Below are positions 1 to 14,400 of a stretch of DNA of 64,000 nucleotides, piece by piece. Source of the DNA: Balanoglossus misakiensis (lineage: Eukaryota; Animalia; Hemichordata); NCBI GenBank assembly GCA_040954595.2, contig CM082584.2:13571337-13635336 (forward strand). Direction: 5' to 3'. The translations under genes were made by a program, and so were the position numbers. The notes under the pieces were generated by a model. The model was given only the letters and a program-made list of their open reading frames with translations, did not search any database and was not told the origin of the DNA. Each line of letters starts with the position of its first letter. The first letter of the stretch is position 1.

Positions 1-460
1 AAATTACAATTCCGTGTGAATTTGGATTGTGAGGATTATAATCCTGTGACTATTTCACATTTTGTCATTGGCATGCCACTTACAGTTCCATGACCTAAAC
101 ATATATACAGTCTTTTAGTATTAGGAGAGACTTGAGTACATTTTGATAATGAGTACGTGTATTTTGAAAGGGCGTGACGCCCTCCTTCGTCTTATTAATA
201 GAAGCTTTAATCAAATCACACAAAGTGCATATTAAACTATTATTAATAACTTATCTATGACGCACGTTGATATAATTTTGTTAATGGAAACCATGGACAG
301 TCTGTCGTGAACACGTGCGGGGCGGAACTCGACACTAAATAATAGTTTCCGCGAGATTTGCGGATCTCGCGGCAACTCTCGTCGTATTGTATTCACGTGA
401 CTGCGCAGACCCTACTGTATCTACTTGATGACACTGCACTGCAACCAAGACTGTACACAC

Positions 461-1390
461 CTGTAATTCTTCCGAGTTTATTGAGTCTTTCACCAGCATA
501 TCCGCAAACGTGGGCACCAAGACTGAAACCAATCAAGTGAACATCAGCCAAGTTCAGAGACAGCCATTCCTATAAAACAAAGTAAACATGAAAATTGTGA
601 ATGGTTTTATTAAAATCCAAACTTCTTAGATTTCGAAACGATGCCACTGCCTTTCCCACCTGTGGAAACAATTTAGATTTGTGGGAACCGCGGCGGCCAC
701 ATACCTGAAGTCTGGTCATCAGCAAGGCGATTTCTGCGCCCACGACTTGAGTGTTAGCAGTGGACCTGGTGTATCCGGCCACGGCGCCTTTCATCCAATT
801 CGTCAGAATGACATTGCAATCCATGTTTTGCAGGAACTCCTGTTTTGTGTGGTGCATCCAAGTAGTGTCTCCATACTCCAAATACCCGTGCACAACGACT
901 ACAGTAGGCACGGCGGGGTTGAACGATGACGAGTCCACTGTTGTTTTGTCGTAAGCGCTGATCACGTGCTCGGTGGAGGGGTTGGAGCGTGTGAATAGGT
1001 TGAAAGTTGTAGAGATGACAGTCGGGTCTTCGGGCAAGTAAGTGAGGGGACGATACGGCAGGTCGTAGAAAGGAGGATCCGTTGTGAAACAACCCAACTC
1101 TTCATAACAAACAGATTTACCTGTGATCAAAATAGAGGTACAACGAAATTCTGATAAGTTTGCGCTCATACTTTAATAATTATCATAGGAAAAGCATCTT
1201 GGTGAAAAACCTGACTGACCATCCAAAACATCCGTTTTCAACTACAAAATGTCGTCAGTTGTCATGTGCGTTTTTACAATAGTAATAGAGACTAATTAGA
1301 GCACCTATCCTCTCGAAATGGCCACCCACCTTCAACGGAAACCTGAAGGAAAAAGAGGACAACCGCAGACAGAGACACCACTGTCTTCAT
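461..1390 (-). CDS. Pancreatic lipase-related protein (triacylglycerol lipase/phospholipase A1 family), 5' three exons; gene continues beyond window start
   Basis: Exons 1390-1330 (signal peptide MKTVVSLSAVVLFFLQVSVEG), 1120-705 (KSVCYEELGCF...VVVHGYLE...CNVILTNW...NTQVVGAEIA) and 569-461 (VHLIGFSLGAHVCGYAGERL...LGRITG, GxSxG nucleophile elbow). All have GT-AG boundaries and consistent phases. Confidence 0.9.
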
Positions 1391-1638
1391 TATGATGATT
1401 CAATATTTGTAAACAAGTGCGAAACGGTCTGGCAAATGCGATTTAAATAGGGATGGTTTTATGTAACCTTTTCATATCAGTTGTTTTTAAACAAGGATGT
1501 CTATGGTTTTGTCTTGGAGATTATAAGGCCGCTAGAAACAGGTGCCACGTTCCCTGTCGTTTTCAATTTTAATATATATTAAAATTGACGTTGTTACGTC
1601 ACCATTTCCGTACACGGCATCAACTGGGTTATAACTCC

Positions 1639-1713
1639 CTGTACTGTACTGTACTGTACTGTTTTGTACTGTATTGTACTGTACTGTACTGTACTGTACT
1701 GTACAGTACTGTG
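1639..1713. repeat. (CTGTA)n pentanucleotide microsatellite
   Basis: Tandem ctgta units with a few substitutions, seen directly. Confidence 0.95.
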
Positions 1714-2595
1714 TATTATATTATATTGCATTGCATTTAAAACACGGTAAATTTGAATTTAACCAAAAGAAAACAAAAACAAAGCATATAAACACTAACA
1801 TACATCATTATCTCTCCACAATCTAAGTAAGGATCTTTCGCCATGAGAGCGGAGTTCTGTTTAACACGTGTGATTGTTATTGATGGCCGGAGATATCAAA
1901 CGATTTCTATCAGTTAATACCGTGTTGGGGGGGGGGGGGGATTCAAGTCCTCATTACTAACATTCGAATGATTTCCATGGTCAATTAATTATATAAATGA
2001 TATCAATATCGTTTCATTGTAACATCAAGAGCATTATCGTTCCTACTGGCCCTCCATGCTAGTTTGGCGGCAAGTGACAAGCTAAACTCACCACAACCGA
2101 CGCACACCTTGATCAGGAAAAAGATGTACACAGTACAGTTTCGATTTCATTCGCAGCCAATCATGCTGAAAGTAATTAAGGGATTATTAATGGCTTAAGG
2201 GTGAAACTTTCTACTTCAAAACACTTCAGGCTTCTCTTTTGAAATATATATGGATAATCCTTGTCGAGAACTTTTCAAAGGGGTAAAAACTTCGATTATT
2301 GAAAGTAATTTTATTAAACATTCATGATGATTGAAATGCGGTGTGTTATGAAGAAACTGTTGGGAGCAGAGACGATAACAATTCTCTGATGCGGACAACG
2401 ATACATGAAATGTTCCAGCAGACCGTGCATATGCTTTCAGAAAACGGATATTTTACTGAATTCTCTTTCCGGGATCGGATTTGAGAGAAAGTGTCACGGT
2501 TAAATTTTCAGCTACATGTAGGCCTACTATTGAATCAATATGCCAGTGTCAATCCTCTGTCAAGTAGACGTCACCGTCATATTCGCTAAATCATC

Positions 2596-2609
2596 GTTGC
2601 CATAGTTAC
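2596..2609. promoter_or_regulatory. Candidate RFX X-box
   Basis: GTTGCCATAGTTAC is a near match to the X-box consensus GTNRCCATRGYAAC. Confidence 0.35.
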
Positions 2610-3056
2610 CAGTTTATAAACGACCACAGACGATTTTCTTCTGTGTAACATGCAAAGGGTCAGATTAGAGGATGTAATTTTTCATTTTCCCTTCATCAGA
2701 TGTATCAGTGATCACTGCAATTTTATCTCAAAGAGAATATATTTCCGCTGCCATACCAGGTTATTCACTCGGTTTTGCACACGGCACTACATCTTGCTGC
2801 TGACGATGACGTGTACGTCTTCATGTTTCATGTCTCAACTGCTGACAAGATCCCTTTTCATGCGAACAACAACGCTGACAACGCCAGTCTATATGATGTT
2901 TCACGTTCTATTTACTACAAAAACATGCTCGGGATGATCTGATAGCATCTTGACTTCCAATACCTAATACCTTCCTGAAATCATCCTTTTGTGTTTTACT
3001 GTATTAAATCAAGCCACTTCTCAAAGTTCGTGATGCCACCAGCTGCACCACACGTC

Positions 3057-3070
3057 GTTTCCATGGAAAC
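3057..3070. promoter_or_regulatory. Candidate RFX X-box (perfect palindrome)
   Basis: GTTTCCATGGAAAC is a perfect 14-bp palindromic X-box, located between the divergent lipase and cell-surface protein genes. Confidence 0.45.
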
Positions 3071-4875
3071 CGCATATCAACTCAGCGGGTTCAAGGGACG
3101 TGCAACTAGAATTATCTTTTTAAAGTAAAAAAGCATTTCAGAGCATTTTTTTAAAAATTACACTATGCGTGGTACACGTAGTCCTAGGTGAATTTTATCA
3201 CCACGCCTGTTTGGGCCATTCGTAAATGACACGCTCCAGGCGATACCTCTAAGGTTTGAACAAATTGCTTCATCACGCGTTTGCTTCATTGAAATTGCAA
3301 TGTATATTTCAAAGGAGGCATGCTTTCAAATATTCCAACCCGCAGGTCACGACTGCTTTGCAACAGATCGAGAATAAGTTTGAAGTAAATTACAAAAGCT
3401 GTATCTTGAGAATATAAACAGCGTGTAAAATTTGTCGTTGTAGTTGCTGGTCACAGTTGTTTTTTGTTGATGTGTTGGTACTAATTTCTTATTCTCAGGG
3501 CAACGTTCGCGTTAGGGTGGCAACAGTGTTTCAGTAGACTGAAGTCTTTTTTTTGGTCAATGACCAATATTTGAATGCAATGCACGACGTGTCTCTTCAG
3601 CATCACTTAAAATCTCTTTTTGAAATTCTCTTGTTATGCTGGGATCGTTCTCAATGAGCTTCAGATATAATGCACAACGTTGAGGTCATTAATGTCGGAC
3701 TGAACGCATTTGCAGTTTGTCGTCAAAGTGACAGTAACCTTTATAAATTCTAGCAATACTCCCATTTGATCAAAAGCTGATTCGTAATAAATATTTCTAA
3801 ATCCAACACAGCTCATTTCTATTCACAGACGGCGACAGACAATGACATGACAAAAAATCTAAGGAAAGTGAGCTGCTCGCAGTTGGGAGTGTTACAATCT
3901 AAGTGTATTCTCAGCCACAGCATCAACGAGTGTATGGCTTTGCGTGTTTAAAGCTCATATCATATCGCGTGTAAAATTCAAAAATGAATTTTAGAACACA
4001 TAATATAGCTAATCTGAAAAAAATGTAATCTCCCAACAAAAAAGTCACATATTCCATACTATGCGCACTACAGTCCTACAACTGACCTCATCGACTCGAG
4101 AATGTTAAATTGCTTGGAAGTGTTTCAATGTAATTTGACACTAATTTGTGCAGAGGTTAGGCCCACAACGTTGAGCGAACCATAGTTAGCCTCAGGCAGG
4201 TGGATACGCTGAATAAGTTTTGCTCTCGTCATCCTGCCGACGAAATTAAAAGTATTTCCAATTTTCAATGTCCGTCTCCTCTGCTTCTGGGCCTCGCTTT
4301 AATATAAATTTTAACAAATATGGTCTTAAATATTTTAGTGTGTAAGTTGATATGGCGGACCTTCGTTCGCTTTCATTTTCTTTTTCTTTCAGAATTCTTT
4401 TTTTCGCCTTGAGGTATACCAAAACCGCTGCCGATATTGATTGAGGTGTATATGGTACATATCACATGAAGAGAAATTCTGTTTGAACAGAATAAAATCG
4501 GCATTCGATCCCTGTATTTCCATTGTAGCACTGTAGACAACCGATAAAGTTTACTAAGATCCCCATGAGACATTGAAAGAAATAATCAGTGGCCCTGGAA
4601 AATGCATATTCAAATGTATTCTGCATGAATCCCTGGCTTTGCTCATCACCTTTAAAACCCATCCCACCCACGCCCAGAATGCGCTAACCGAGACCAGGTG
4701 AACTAGCGAGGCACGCGAGTGTGCGCACAGTCAGCGTCTGTGTTACATCGAGCACGTCACAAAGGGAGAGGCACCGCCGTTAAGAACAGGGCCGCAGTAG
4801 ATAGTCGTTCATCTTCGTTTTCGCCGTTCTCTCAATATCAGCGCGTGTGTGCATCTGACCAGCATCACCACGACC

Positions 4876-7800
4876 ATGAAGGCGTCGATGTCTGCGATAC
4901 TCGTTCTTCTGATCCTGCCATCCTTTTGCTGTGAGTATCATCTTGTCCTCAATCAAATTTGTTTTAGTCAAACATGCTACATATCAAAACCCGCCATAAA
5001 TATATGAAAAAGCCACAGTTTTATGTAACAGTTTTCCATCATTACTAGAGTGCGTGATTTCCATTGAGCAAAACTCTGTAGGTATTGCTTCACAATAATT
5101 CTCGATTGAAAACACATTTCGAAATTTATGTTTTAATATCAATTTAGTCACGTATTAACGCAAAATAATTAATATTCCGAATACCCATCACAGCCACATC
5201 GTTGATTCCGTTGAATGAATATCAATACCGTGCATGTCATTATGTTGCCCGATGTCGCTCGGCAAGACTGACTGTCTTGACAGACGAAAATATGTGTCAT
5301 TTATCAAGGAGAGCGCTCGACTCGTTAAGTGCGTTTGAATCGATACAGAAGCCCGGTGAACTGCTCTCACGTCTTCAACCATGGTGGCAATGAAGAGCTG
5401 TCAGCCGCACTCATCAAATCGAATATATGACGCAAAACTGTGTGTTTTCATTTAATCAATAATCTGTGTGCCTGCCAAGGCCTGACCTCGGTTTTTACGT
5501 CGTGCCAAGATATTATTTGAAGTGTTTTAGATATATTATAGGAAAGATTTTTTTCGAGATTAACAGCAATTTAAATTTCGTTCTTTTTATATATTTATGC
5601 ATATTTTACTTAAAGTCGATAAACGACCCGAGAAAAGCATTTATAATACAATTTCATAATAATGCGATTATCAACAATGTTACTAAAATTAGCTGCGTTT
5701 GTACTTTCCTATAATAAATTTAATTAAGCAGAATAATTGACAAGAAAATCACTCAAAATATTTTCGTCTACGACATTGATATCTGATTTCAGTAAGCTTA
5801 GAATCCATTGGAATCCCCCATTTCGCCTTCATAAAACTGGGCAACTGTGTCATGTGCGTCTTACGATGTGACAGTAGATTCTTTGTCGGAGTTGAGCAGT
5901 CTCAATGGCCTTTAATTGGAGAAAATTGACTATTTAGAAGAAGTTTGGCCCATGGGGAGCTCTTGATATTGGGATTACAGGGAAATCCCACCAAAAGGAC
6001 ACGGTTTAATTGGCACTCAGATCACGCACTTGGCGATTCGGCGCCAGCATCATTTAATGGTCGTCGTGCAATATCACTGCGGTGCCTTTCAACGGACGTT
6101 TTTAGCAAACTGTCGTGAAAGCTGGCGAATAGAGTTAGTGGCGAACTGGGTTGACCTCTTCTGAAAGTACTGTTGAGGATTTCTACGCGAGTATAACCGC
6201 TTTGCCGTCGATTAATCCGACATGTCACGCGGTCAGCCTCTTTGACGACACGTATAATGGATATGTATCCATGCGCGGCTGATCAAATGCGACGGTTCAG
6301 ATGAAATGTCGCGAAGGCGTGCAACTGAATTTGAGGCAGAAGCGATCGTGATCAGTTTCTTCTCCTGGGTGTATGGGATATGAGATGTCAGATTAACACG
6401 TTGGCAGCAAATATTTTTTCACTGTTTGGATCAAATGTTTAGCAACCACAAACATGTTTTTCGCTTTAATGGTTGAAAGACAAATTACAAACCCAGGGTG
6501 TGCAGATTTACCGTACTGTATCGAATCCCGTGATGCATTACATCATAGTTTCGTGAAAGGCCGGAGTTCAGTGACCGATAGCCAACTTGCATTATTCAAT
6601 CATTTTTTTCTGATGGAAAGGGATTTAGCTGTCGGCTTGGACTTCCCGCGTTAGATTAAATAGGCTTAAGGTGGACTACCTAACGCTGTCGGTAGGGATC
6701 AACGACAACCGTTTGTCGAATCCCGTGTGTGACGTCAAGTGGCATTATTTTTTTATTTACATTTCCTCTCAGATGCACAAAACTGCAGTTTTCCGGACGA
6801 GATAGCCGGCACGTGGCTGTATAGAGCAGGGAATTCTGATAACGACAAAAAACTTGAGTTGAATGCTGAAAACTACACTGAGATGGCTGGAGACGAAAGG
6901 GAAACTTACAACTGTCTCATGTCTGTTCCAGAAAATACAACTTTCATTGCCAAGACCGTGAACGATGAGTAAGTGTATTAAGATATCGTCCAAATGGTAC
7001 CTTGTTTAAAACCGTCTATTCCTTTATAAAACATGATACATGTCTCGAAATCGCATGCCTAACAGGTTTGAATAAACCGACAGTCATTAAATGCGTATGG
7101 CCACGATTTTATGTTTTCTATATAAACAAGAGTACTTTGCTTTACCTGCGTTGTGCTTACCTCCTTGGGTCAGTAACCAACTAAAGCTTGTATCGTCACA
7201 ACTGTGCATGTGTGTCTCACCTGTAAACGTCACTTTTTGCATTGTACATCATGGCAGACAACGTGCTGTTAACTTTCAACATATTTCTGTTTCATCACCA
7301 CAGTCAAACAGCGAGTTATAAGTGCTTTGCCTACAAGAAGATAAACAACAACGTATTAATTGGATACACATGTAAGTATCATGACTACTAAAAATTAAAC
7401 ATAAAAAAAATAATTTATTTTCCATAACTGAACTATCATATTTCACATGGTTTAATCACATTCTCATATTATCCTTATTATTCAGCAACAAAGGAGAACC
7501 CGGATGATGCTCCAACAGACGTGTATGTCTTCTGTGGCGATCTGCTTAAATATCCAACACCCGGAAAAGTGTACTACAACGGTAAATAACCCGTATTGTG
7601 AGTGTGTCTACCTCATGTCTGACTATACTATGTCCCAATGCTTGTTTGTGTGTACCCCACACTTTCTCTATTGCTGAGGTTTAGAAAGTTTATCATTCCC
7701 TACTCAGTGTTAATTTCAAATCAGAACATGTTTTGTCAGACACTTTAACTTAAGTGTCTGAGCTGTTATAATTATTAAATGGACTAAAAATTAAAACGAA

Positions 7801-9007
7801 TTTCTTGTTTATCTTTTAAATTTATATGACGTTACTTATTTTTGTCATCCAAGCTGACGATTTGAATGCCGTGCAGTGCAGTATAACCGGTAAATACGAA
7901 TGGAAGAATGATGAATGTACCAACACGACTTCAAAGTTAGAAGTGTGCAGCGGTGGTTATGATGTCATCGAATACACCGAGGGGTGCAACGAAGTCCAAG
8001 CGCCATGTGAGTCGTCTTAAGATCATTCTTCTGTGCTTTTTCAAGTTTCTTATGACATCAACAAAGCAGCACACTCATCCCCTTGACGTCATTGTTAAAA
8101 GAAACTGTGGTCTGCCCTTGTCAACTCGACAAATGGCGCTCACCAAGTAAATAAGTGCAATAGGCTGTTTCAATAATGGATTGGCTATTCTTGGTTCAGT
8201 CTTTGGATCATCCATTACGACACCCTTTAAGTAAACACGACACGCAGATAGCCCATTAGCAATAAAATGCTCTAAAAGCCCCTTTTAAATGATACCTGTT
8301 CTGTTTTCAGTTATAAATGGCAGTATGGATTGCTTAGCATCATGGGAAAACAACGATGGATTGAAGTACTCACTGGCACAGACTGCCGAGGAAAAGGAAG
8401 GTGACAGCAGTCAGAAAGGAAATTATATCTGCATTGTAAGTATCAAAAAAGAAAGTCACATTGACCTTTTCGTTGTCAGAAATTACATTAACATAGACTA
8501 TTTTTGTCTGGTTGATAAATGGTTCGTAGAGATTGATAATAGTACGATTATACGCCCTGAGTGTTATATTAACTTTCTCTTCATTCAACAAACGATAGTT
8601 AGACCTATAATCATTTCATCTACTCGTGAAATTTTGCAGGCACATAAACTGGTTAATAACACTCTCCGATTGACTGCGCGGGACTTTCAGTGCCAGGCCA
8701 GTCAGACAGATATCCACGTGGGAGGAGATGGACTTACGGCACAAATGACAAGAGGTGAGTTGAGGGAAGCCCGTTTGTCGACGTCCTTCACAAACTGTTT
8801 TTAAGCGATTCAACAGTTGCTTGTGGCAATGTACAAAAATAAAAGATCCGATAATCTAAAGTCTCTCTCTCCCTCTCTTTCTCTTCAGTGTCTGAGGATG
8901 GTGAATGTGGTCCACCCGACACGTCAGAGGGCGCTATTCATCTATCTGCTGGATTCAGCATTGCAATGTCGTTCATTGTGGTGGCCATCACTGCCTGGAA
9001 AGCGTAA
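4876..9007 (+). CDS. Uncharacterised secreted/cell-surface Cys-rich glycoprotein, 308 aa, putative GPI anchor
   Basis: Eight phase-consistent GT-AG exons: 4876-4930, 6773-6968, 7304-7371, 7486-7581, 7854-8006, 8311-8435, 8640-8754, 8889-9007 (927 nt). Signal peptide MKASMSAILVLLILPSFCYA, motifs CSFPDEIAGTW, CSITGKYEW and DCLASW, 12 Cys in the mature part, six N-glycosylation sequons, hydrophobic C-terminus SAGFSIAMSFIVVAITAWKA*. AATAAA at 10282-10287. Confidence 0.85.
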
Positions 9008-11467
9008 AGTTCTTTTGTGTGGGTGGCTCCGCAAAAACTGCACATTAATGACGCTTCAGGAGAAGTCGATTAGTAAAAAAAAAATAGGTCACTTTAATTT
9101 GGGCTCGCCTGTAATGGTCTTTCTCTTTGATAGGGCGTTCATGAGATGACGCAACAGGTGTTAAAATGCGAACAATTGACGCATCATTGGCCCAGCTGTT
9201 ATCATGATTGTAGCAAGTCACGATATTGCCTCAGACCGCCGATAGGGGTGGTAGTAACGGGTGACGAATACCCCATCTGATCTTTGAGGTTACTTGTGAT
9301 CAAATCGTCACATTTTTTCATTTTTTAAAAATATTTTACACGTTGTTTGTATTACTGCATTTGTAACTAAACACTTGTGTACATTTGTAAAGCGCCATCA
9401 ATGTCAAAAGTAGATGATATTTGTTTGCAGAACCCGGAATAGTCATATTGGAATCCAATTCTCGGTGTTCATCTACATGACTTGTAGTTGTCCGTGATTA
9501 TTTACTTTTTTCTAGTGAAATTTTATCAAATGTTGTCTGTGGTTTTAGGTAGTAATCCCCCAAAACGGCGGTTTTCCACCGCCGTTTGGGCGATTATAAC
9601 CGAAGTGTCAGCATCATTGCCATGTGCAGTTTCAGATTCACGAGGAAGAGTTGGGGACACTCAGTGCTTTTGGCATACACGCTTTTACGCTTATCGTATA
9701 TGCTCGTTTAGTATGATGTATTTTGGTGAAGTATTTCGATAATGGTTTGAGACCTACCAGATGACAAATTCTACCTTTATTTTATACCACTTGCTGATCA
9801 CCAGTTAAAAGAAGAGTAGCAATAATTTTATGTTCTTGTTCTAAGACATGCATCCTACATCCTAAATTGCCACATTCAGTATATTGCTTCTCGCCACAAG
9901 CGGCCACGTGTATACCATGGACAAAGCATATTATGCACGCCAGGTTGTATTCAGTTACCTTGAAAATGCACGCTAGGTTGATCAGCCGATACAGGGACTT
10001 AGGGAGTAAGTCAAGAAATTGTAGTCGGTGTAGGCAACAATCTCTTGACCTCCACTGACTCCATAATTTTTCTCTTTAGAATTCTCATGCATAAGCCACT
10101 AAAACTGGGATGGTTTCACCTTAGATATACATGTAGCTTATTATCCACGTATGAAGATACCTTGAGTACCACAGTACTATTTGAACTGTAAGAGCAGTTT
10201 GCCCGGTGGAATTTCGAATTGGTAGTCTATGAAAACTGTTACATGACAAATGCGTTTTATGTTCGTCTGTCTGCATTGCAAAATAAAAGTTTTACATGAA
10301 CAAACCTGCGTGTTTCTCTTTGGCGAGCTTCAGTTGTGCCATCAGAATCTCCGTCAGTCTCAGTAGTTAAACGTGGCGCCATCTTTAGTGTAAATGTTGA
10401 AATGCATGGTGGGCATTACACACGTCATTTCCGGTAATGTTTCGGACGATCTGAAGCGTCCGTATAACGTATTTGTTTGACTCATGCTGTAAGACCAGTT
10501 TTCAAAATAGAAACAAAAATCGCCACATAATAATAACTTATTTAATTGCTTCAAAAAAGCAGCAACATAAACTTGTCACAAAGTTTACATTTCTCGAGAA
10601 CTCCAACCGTAAATCTGTAAATAATTCCCTCTTTTCTTTAAAATATACTGTTTTAAAGGTCAGTAAAATACAAGACTTCTGTGGATTTCAACGATATGTA
10701 AGAAAGCACCATATTGAATTGTCATGGCAACTATTTTTATACCCACATTTGGGAATTTCGCTATGTCAGTCACTTAAAATCTCCTTTTAAAAAGTTGCCA
10801 CAATGAAGTAAGGTGCTTGTAATGAGGGTTTCAATTTAAAAAATAATTACAGCTCTGAAAAAAGAAAATTTCACAAAAACAAAGACTTTTTTTTTTCAAA
10901 TGTATAATAATATAGACCAACATCTTTTACATTAAAGAAATTCATTTTTGCTCATTTAAAATAGCTTGGGTCATTTCACTTGCTGCATTGCTAGCTTATT
11001 GACTGTCACAGTACTGATATAATCCCGACAAATCACAACATTAAGCGAATTTTCAAGTTGATCGTACATTTTAATATGACAATTATCACATGAAGGCACT
11101 CGATCTACTTTAAAAGCCACTATGAAATAATTGTCTTAGAATATTAAGGTTTACGTTAATTAAATTCCAATTTATCGGTCGAAAATGAACAAACAGATAG
11201 CAAACTGTACGGGGAAGTAAATGTGTCACAAATAATATTTGGCATTCGTCGTTTATTCGCGAAATATTGTCAACCAGTTAAAGGCCGTAGGTCGCAAATG
11301 TCCGGAAATGTCGACAGCTCTATTAGGTGGTATGCATGGTCTTCACATGAGGTCTCATGATCACGAGACATTCATATGCACAAGGGTTGTCTTGATTATA
11401 ATGCATGTGTTTTGTGGGTAAGATGAGAAGCGGGCTGCAGGACTACGGGTGCATTAGAGCGTTAGTA

Positions 11468-14400
11468 TTACAATTCTCCCTTTCCTTCGACAATTCCACC
11501 TTCCGGAAAAGCGCCCTCAATGCCAAGACTAGCTGCATCCTCATCCACACCATCCAGCTCACCAGAATATTTCTTCGCATCGTCCTCCTCCGTCTCCACT
11601 TGGTAAACGTCACGCATGTATTTGTCGAAAGCAACCTGTTGCTCTGGAGTGTCGGCGACGTTGATCCAATTGTTAGCAATCCATTTTTGCCCTTTGTGTA
11701 CGTCACAACCGCCATGGAGGGTATAGTTATCCATATCACCCAGCCAGCCTGCAGAAGACATATGTTTATGCAGGGAGGGAACACTTACATGGGGAAAAGG
11801 CACACAAGCCAGCATGCAGAAACACATGTTTTTGCAGGGAGGGAACACTTACCTGTTTCACTGTCAACGTAGTGATTATACCATAAGACAGCTTTTCCCT
11901 TCTCGGGTTTGATGACCACATTGGAATCTAAACAGTGTGAGCTGAGATCATAAAGTTTGCTCCCGGCCGCTCTCAGAGTCTGCGGTCAAAACAATCAGAA
12001 AAGAAAAACGTGTACTTGCCATTGGAATTTCGTGGGACAATAGCTGCAAAGAATTTTCGTCTATTGTCTCAAAGGATATGCAGATGCCATTGTTATACGG
12101 CACTGTGTGCACCTTTACCCAGTGAATAACCATAGCCTTTACTTGATAAAATGTAGCACATGTTTGATATTGTCATGAAAGTTTCCACTGCTCAAGTGTT
12201 TCAGGTGACTTATTCTGAATGGTGTAAACTCACCTCAGCTGTAAATGTCTCGTTATTTGCGACTGGGAAAGCCGTCTCCCCACCCTCAGGCACATCGTTT
12301 AGGTAATACAATATTGTCATGTACCTGCAGGGAGGCAAACACGTCATTCCAAGTGATAACGTTTGTAACATTGGGCTTTTACTATTGCCCCGGCATTTTA
12401 TTGTGTATTAGCCTGACTTGAAACTGCTGTAGAGATTTTTTTGAATCAGTCTCTCACAACCGACTAGTTTTCCGTCCTTCTGTGAACACTCGACTTATCT
12501 ACTGCACGTGATCAGAGTTCATTATTCATCACCACCACCACCACCAGCACCGCCATCTTTCAAGATGTTTAAATCCATTTTTCACACATACAAAGTACAT
12601 GTGGCACCAAGTGACTGAATTAAAATGAACTGTTTCCACAAACCTGCAGAGTCTATACGTCATATTGGTATGGTCAGAGTAGTTGAATCCCATTTGACCA
12701 CAAGTGATGTTTGGTCCGACCACCTTGTCTTCCGAGTCATAATGGGCGTGGTAGTGACCTCCTTTCTCGTAATACACGACCTGAAATAAAACCGAAACGA
12801 TATTCTTTTTTGAAGTGCCATCTATATCGCAAAATCCGCCATGGCAGGGTCCTATGCATATGAGGTGTCACATAAGTTGTGAATGTAGACAATATCTGTG
12901 CGAGCAAATTGCATTCCAGTGATTGCAGATGATTTCCGAGAACGTTCAAACCAGGTGTAACACACAGCAAAATATACCAGGGAATATATACCTGTAACTG
13001 TTCGCTGTTTTCGATTACATTCCTTGGTAGGCGTGTCAACTTGATCACTCTCTCTCGCAGCGCCCTCAATATGGGATTATTGGTGGTTGTCTGCTGCAGC
13101 CATGTTTGTTTACTGTATCGTATTTTGTTTGCTCCACTGCTCTCAGTCCTGTTGTCCATCCAAAAGCGTATACTTGTTTCGTTGACTGTCAGGAATTCTT
13201 CCAAGTTTAGCATATCTGAGAATAAACATATTAACCATGTAACCTGTTGCATGATAGAAGCCGTCGCTCCGGGACAGACACACATGATTTGACCAAAATA
13301 ATGACATCGATAATCATGGTCTCTGTCACGAAGTTGCCATTTCAAAGCGATTATATTTATACACAAAAGAAATCTCTTAAAGCTTCTGACAAGATTCATG
13401 CAACACAAATTCCCCGAAGAAGGCGCAGACACAGAATATAAACGAGATATTCGTTGCGGCAAATCACCCCTGTGAGAAAAAATTCAATTAATCGATGGTC
13501 GTAAACGGATACCGATCACCGAGTTCACGACGAACGCTTACAAGATACAGTCAGGTTACATGTACAGAATACGGACATAAAACGATTGTCAATTCATCTA
13601 AGATTTTTTATCAAGGGTCGAGACATTTCTCCGCTACGTGCGGGCTGGGCCGTTTATTAACGAACTAGTAGTTGATGTTACCGCGGGGAATCATAATAAT
13701 TACTCACCATCTCCATCGGGATCCATTTCCAAGTCTTTGTACCTTTGTGACAAACAGACATAGGATTCTGCTTAGAACCACAGCACATGAATCTTTTTTC
13801 GTATTATTTTGATAATTTTACCGACAAAGTGTCTTAATGTACCATGTATTCGGAAACCCTATTTGGAGTACTGAAAGGGCGCCGGTTTCAAAACTTCCGT
13901 TTCCAGAAACGAATCCAGAATTGATTTATTCTCGCGGACTGACAGCGGTGCATGTAAAAGAATATGATTTCTATTTGGGCGGCAGAAATCCTACCCGCCA
14001 ATTGCTGGGACGTGAACCGATAAGACGGACATCATCCGTACATTATTCATCTCCCTCCTTTGGATTATTACCGATTTCTAAAAAATAATCACAGGTACCT
14101 ATTCTTCTCGCGGTAGATTTATTTTTAATTTTACTTCTCGTGGACACACTTTGCCGACAACCCGTGTTGTTACACTAACTAAACCAATCATGATGTACGG
14201 ACGAAAAAACCCAATCATCGGAATATCTCTCTGCCCGATGCGATGCGAGTCATTTGTAGGGTGCACTTATGCCGTGACTTTCTGTGTCATCGATTTTTGT
14301 GCGATCAATATTTCATGAATAGAGAGACATAGAAACTTGGGCAATGCTTCATTAATTGTCTTAGGCTAGATTCTCGGTCCACGTTTAGGCCGACGTGTCT

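Noticed and set aside
1927-1940. Poly-G/poly-C runs (also ~22280 and ~56059)
   Set aside because: Common homopolymers in such genomes; no associated structure.
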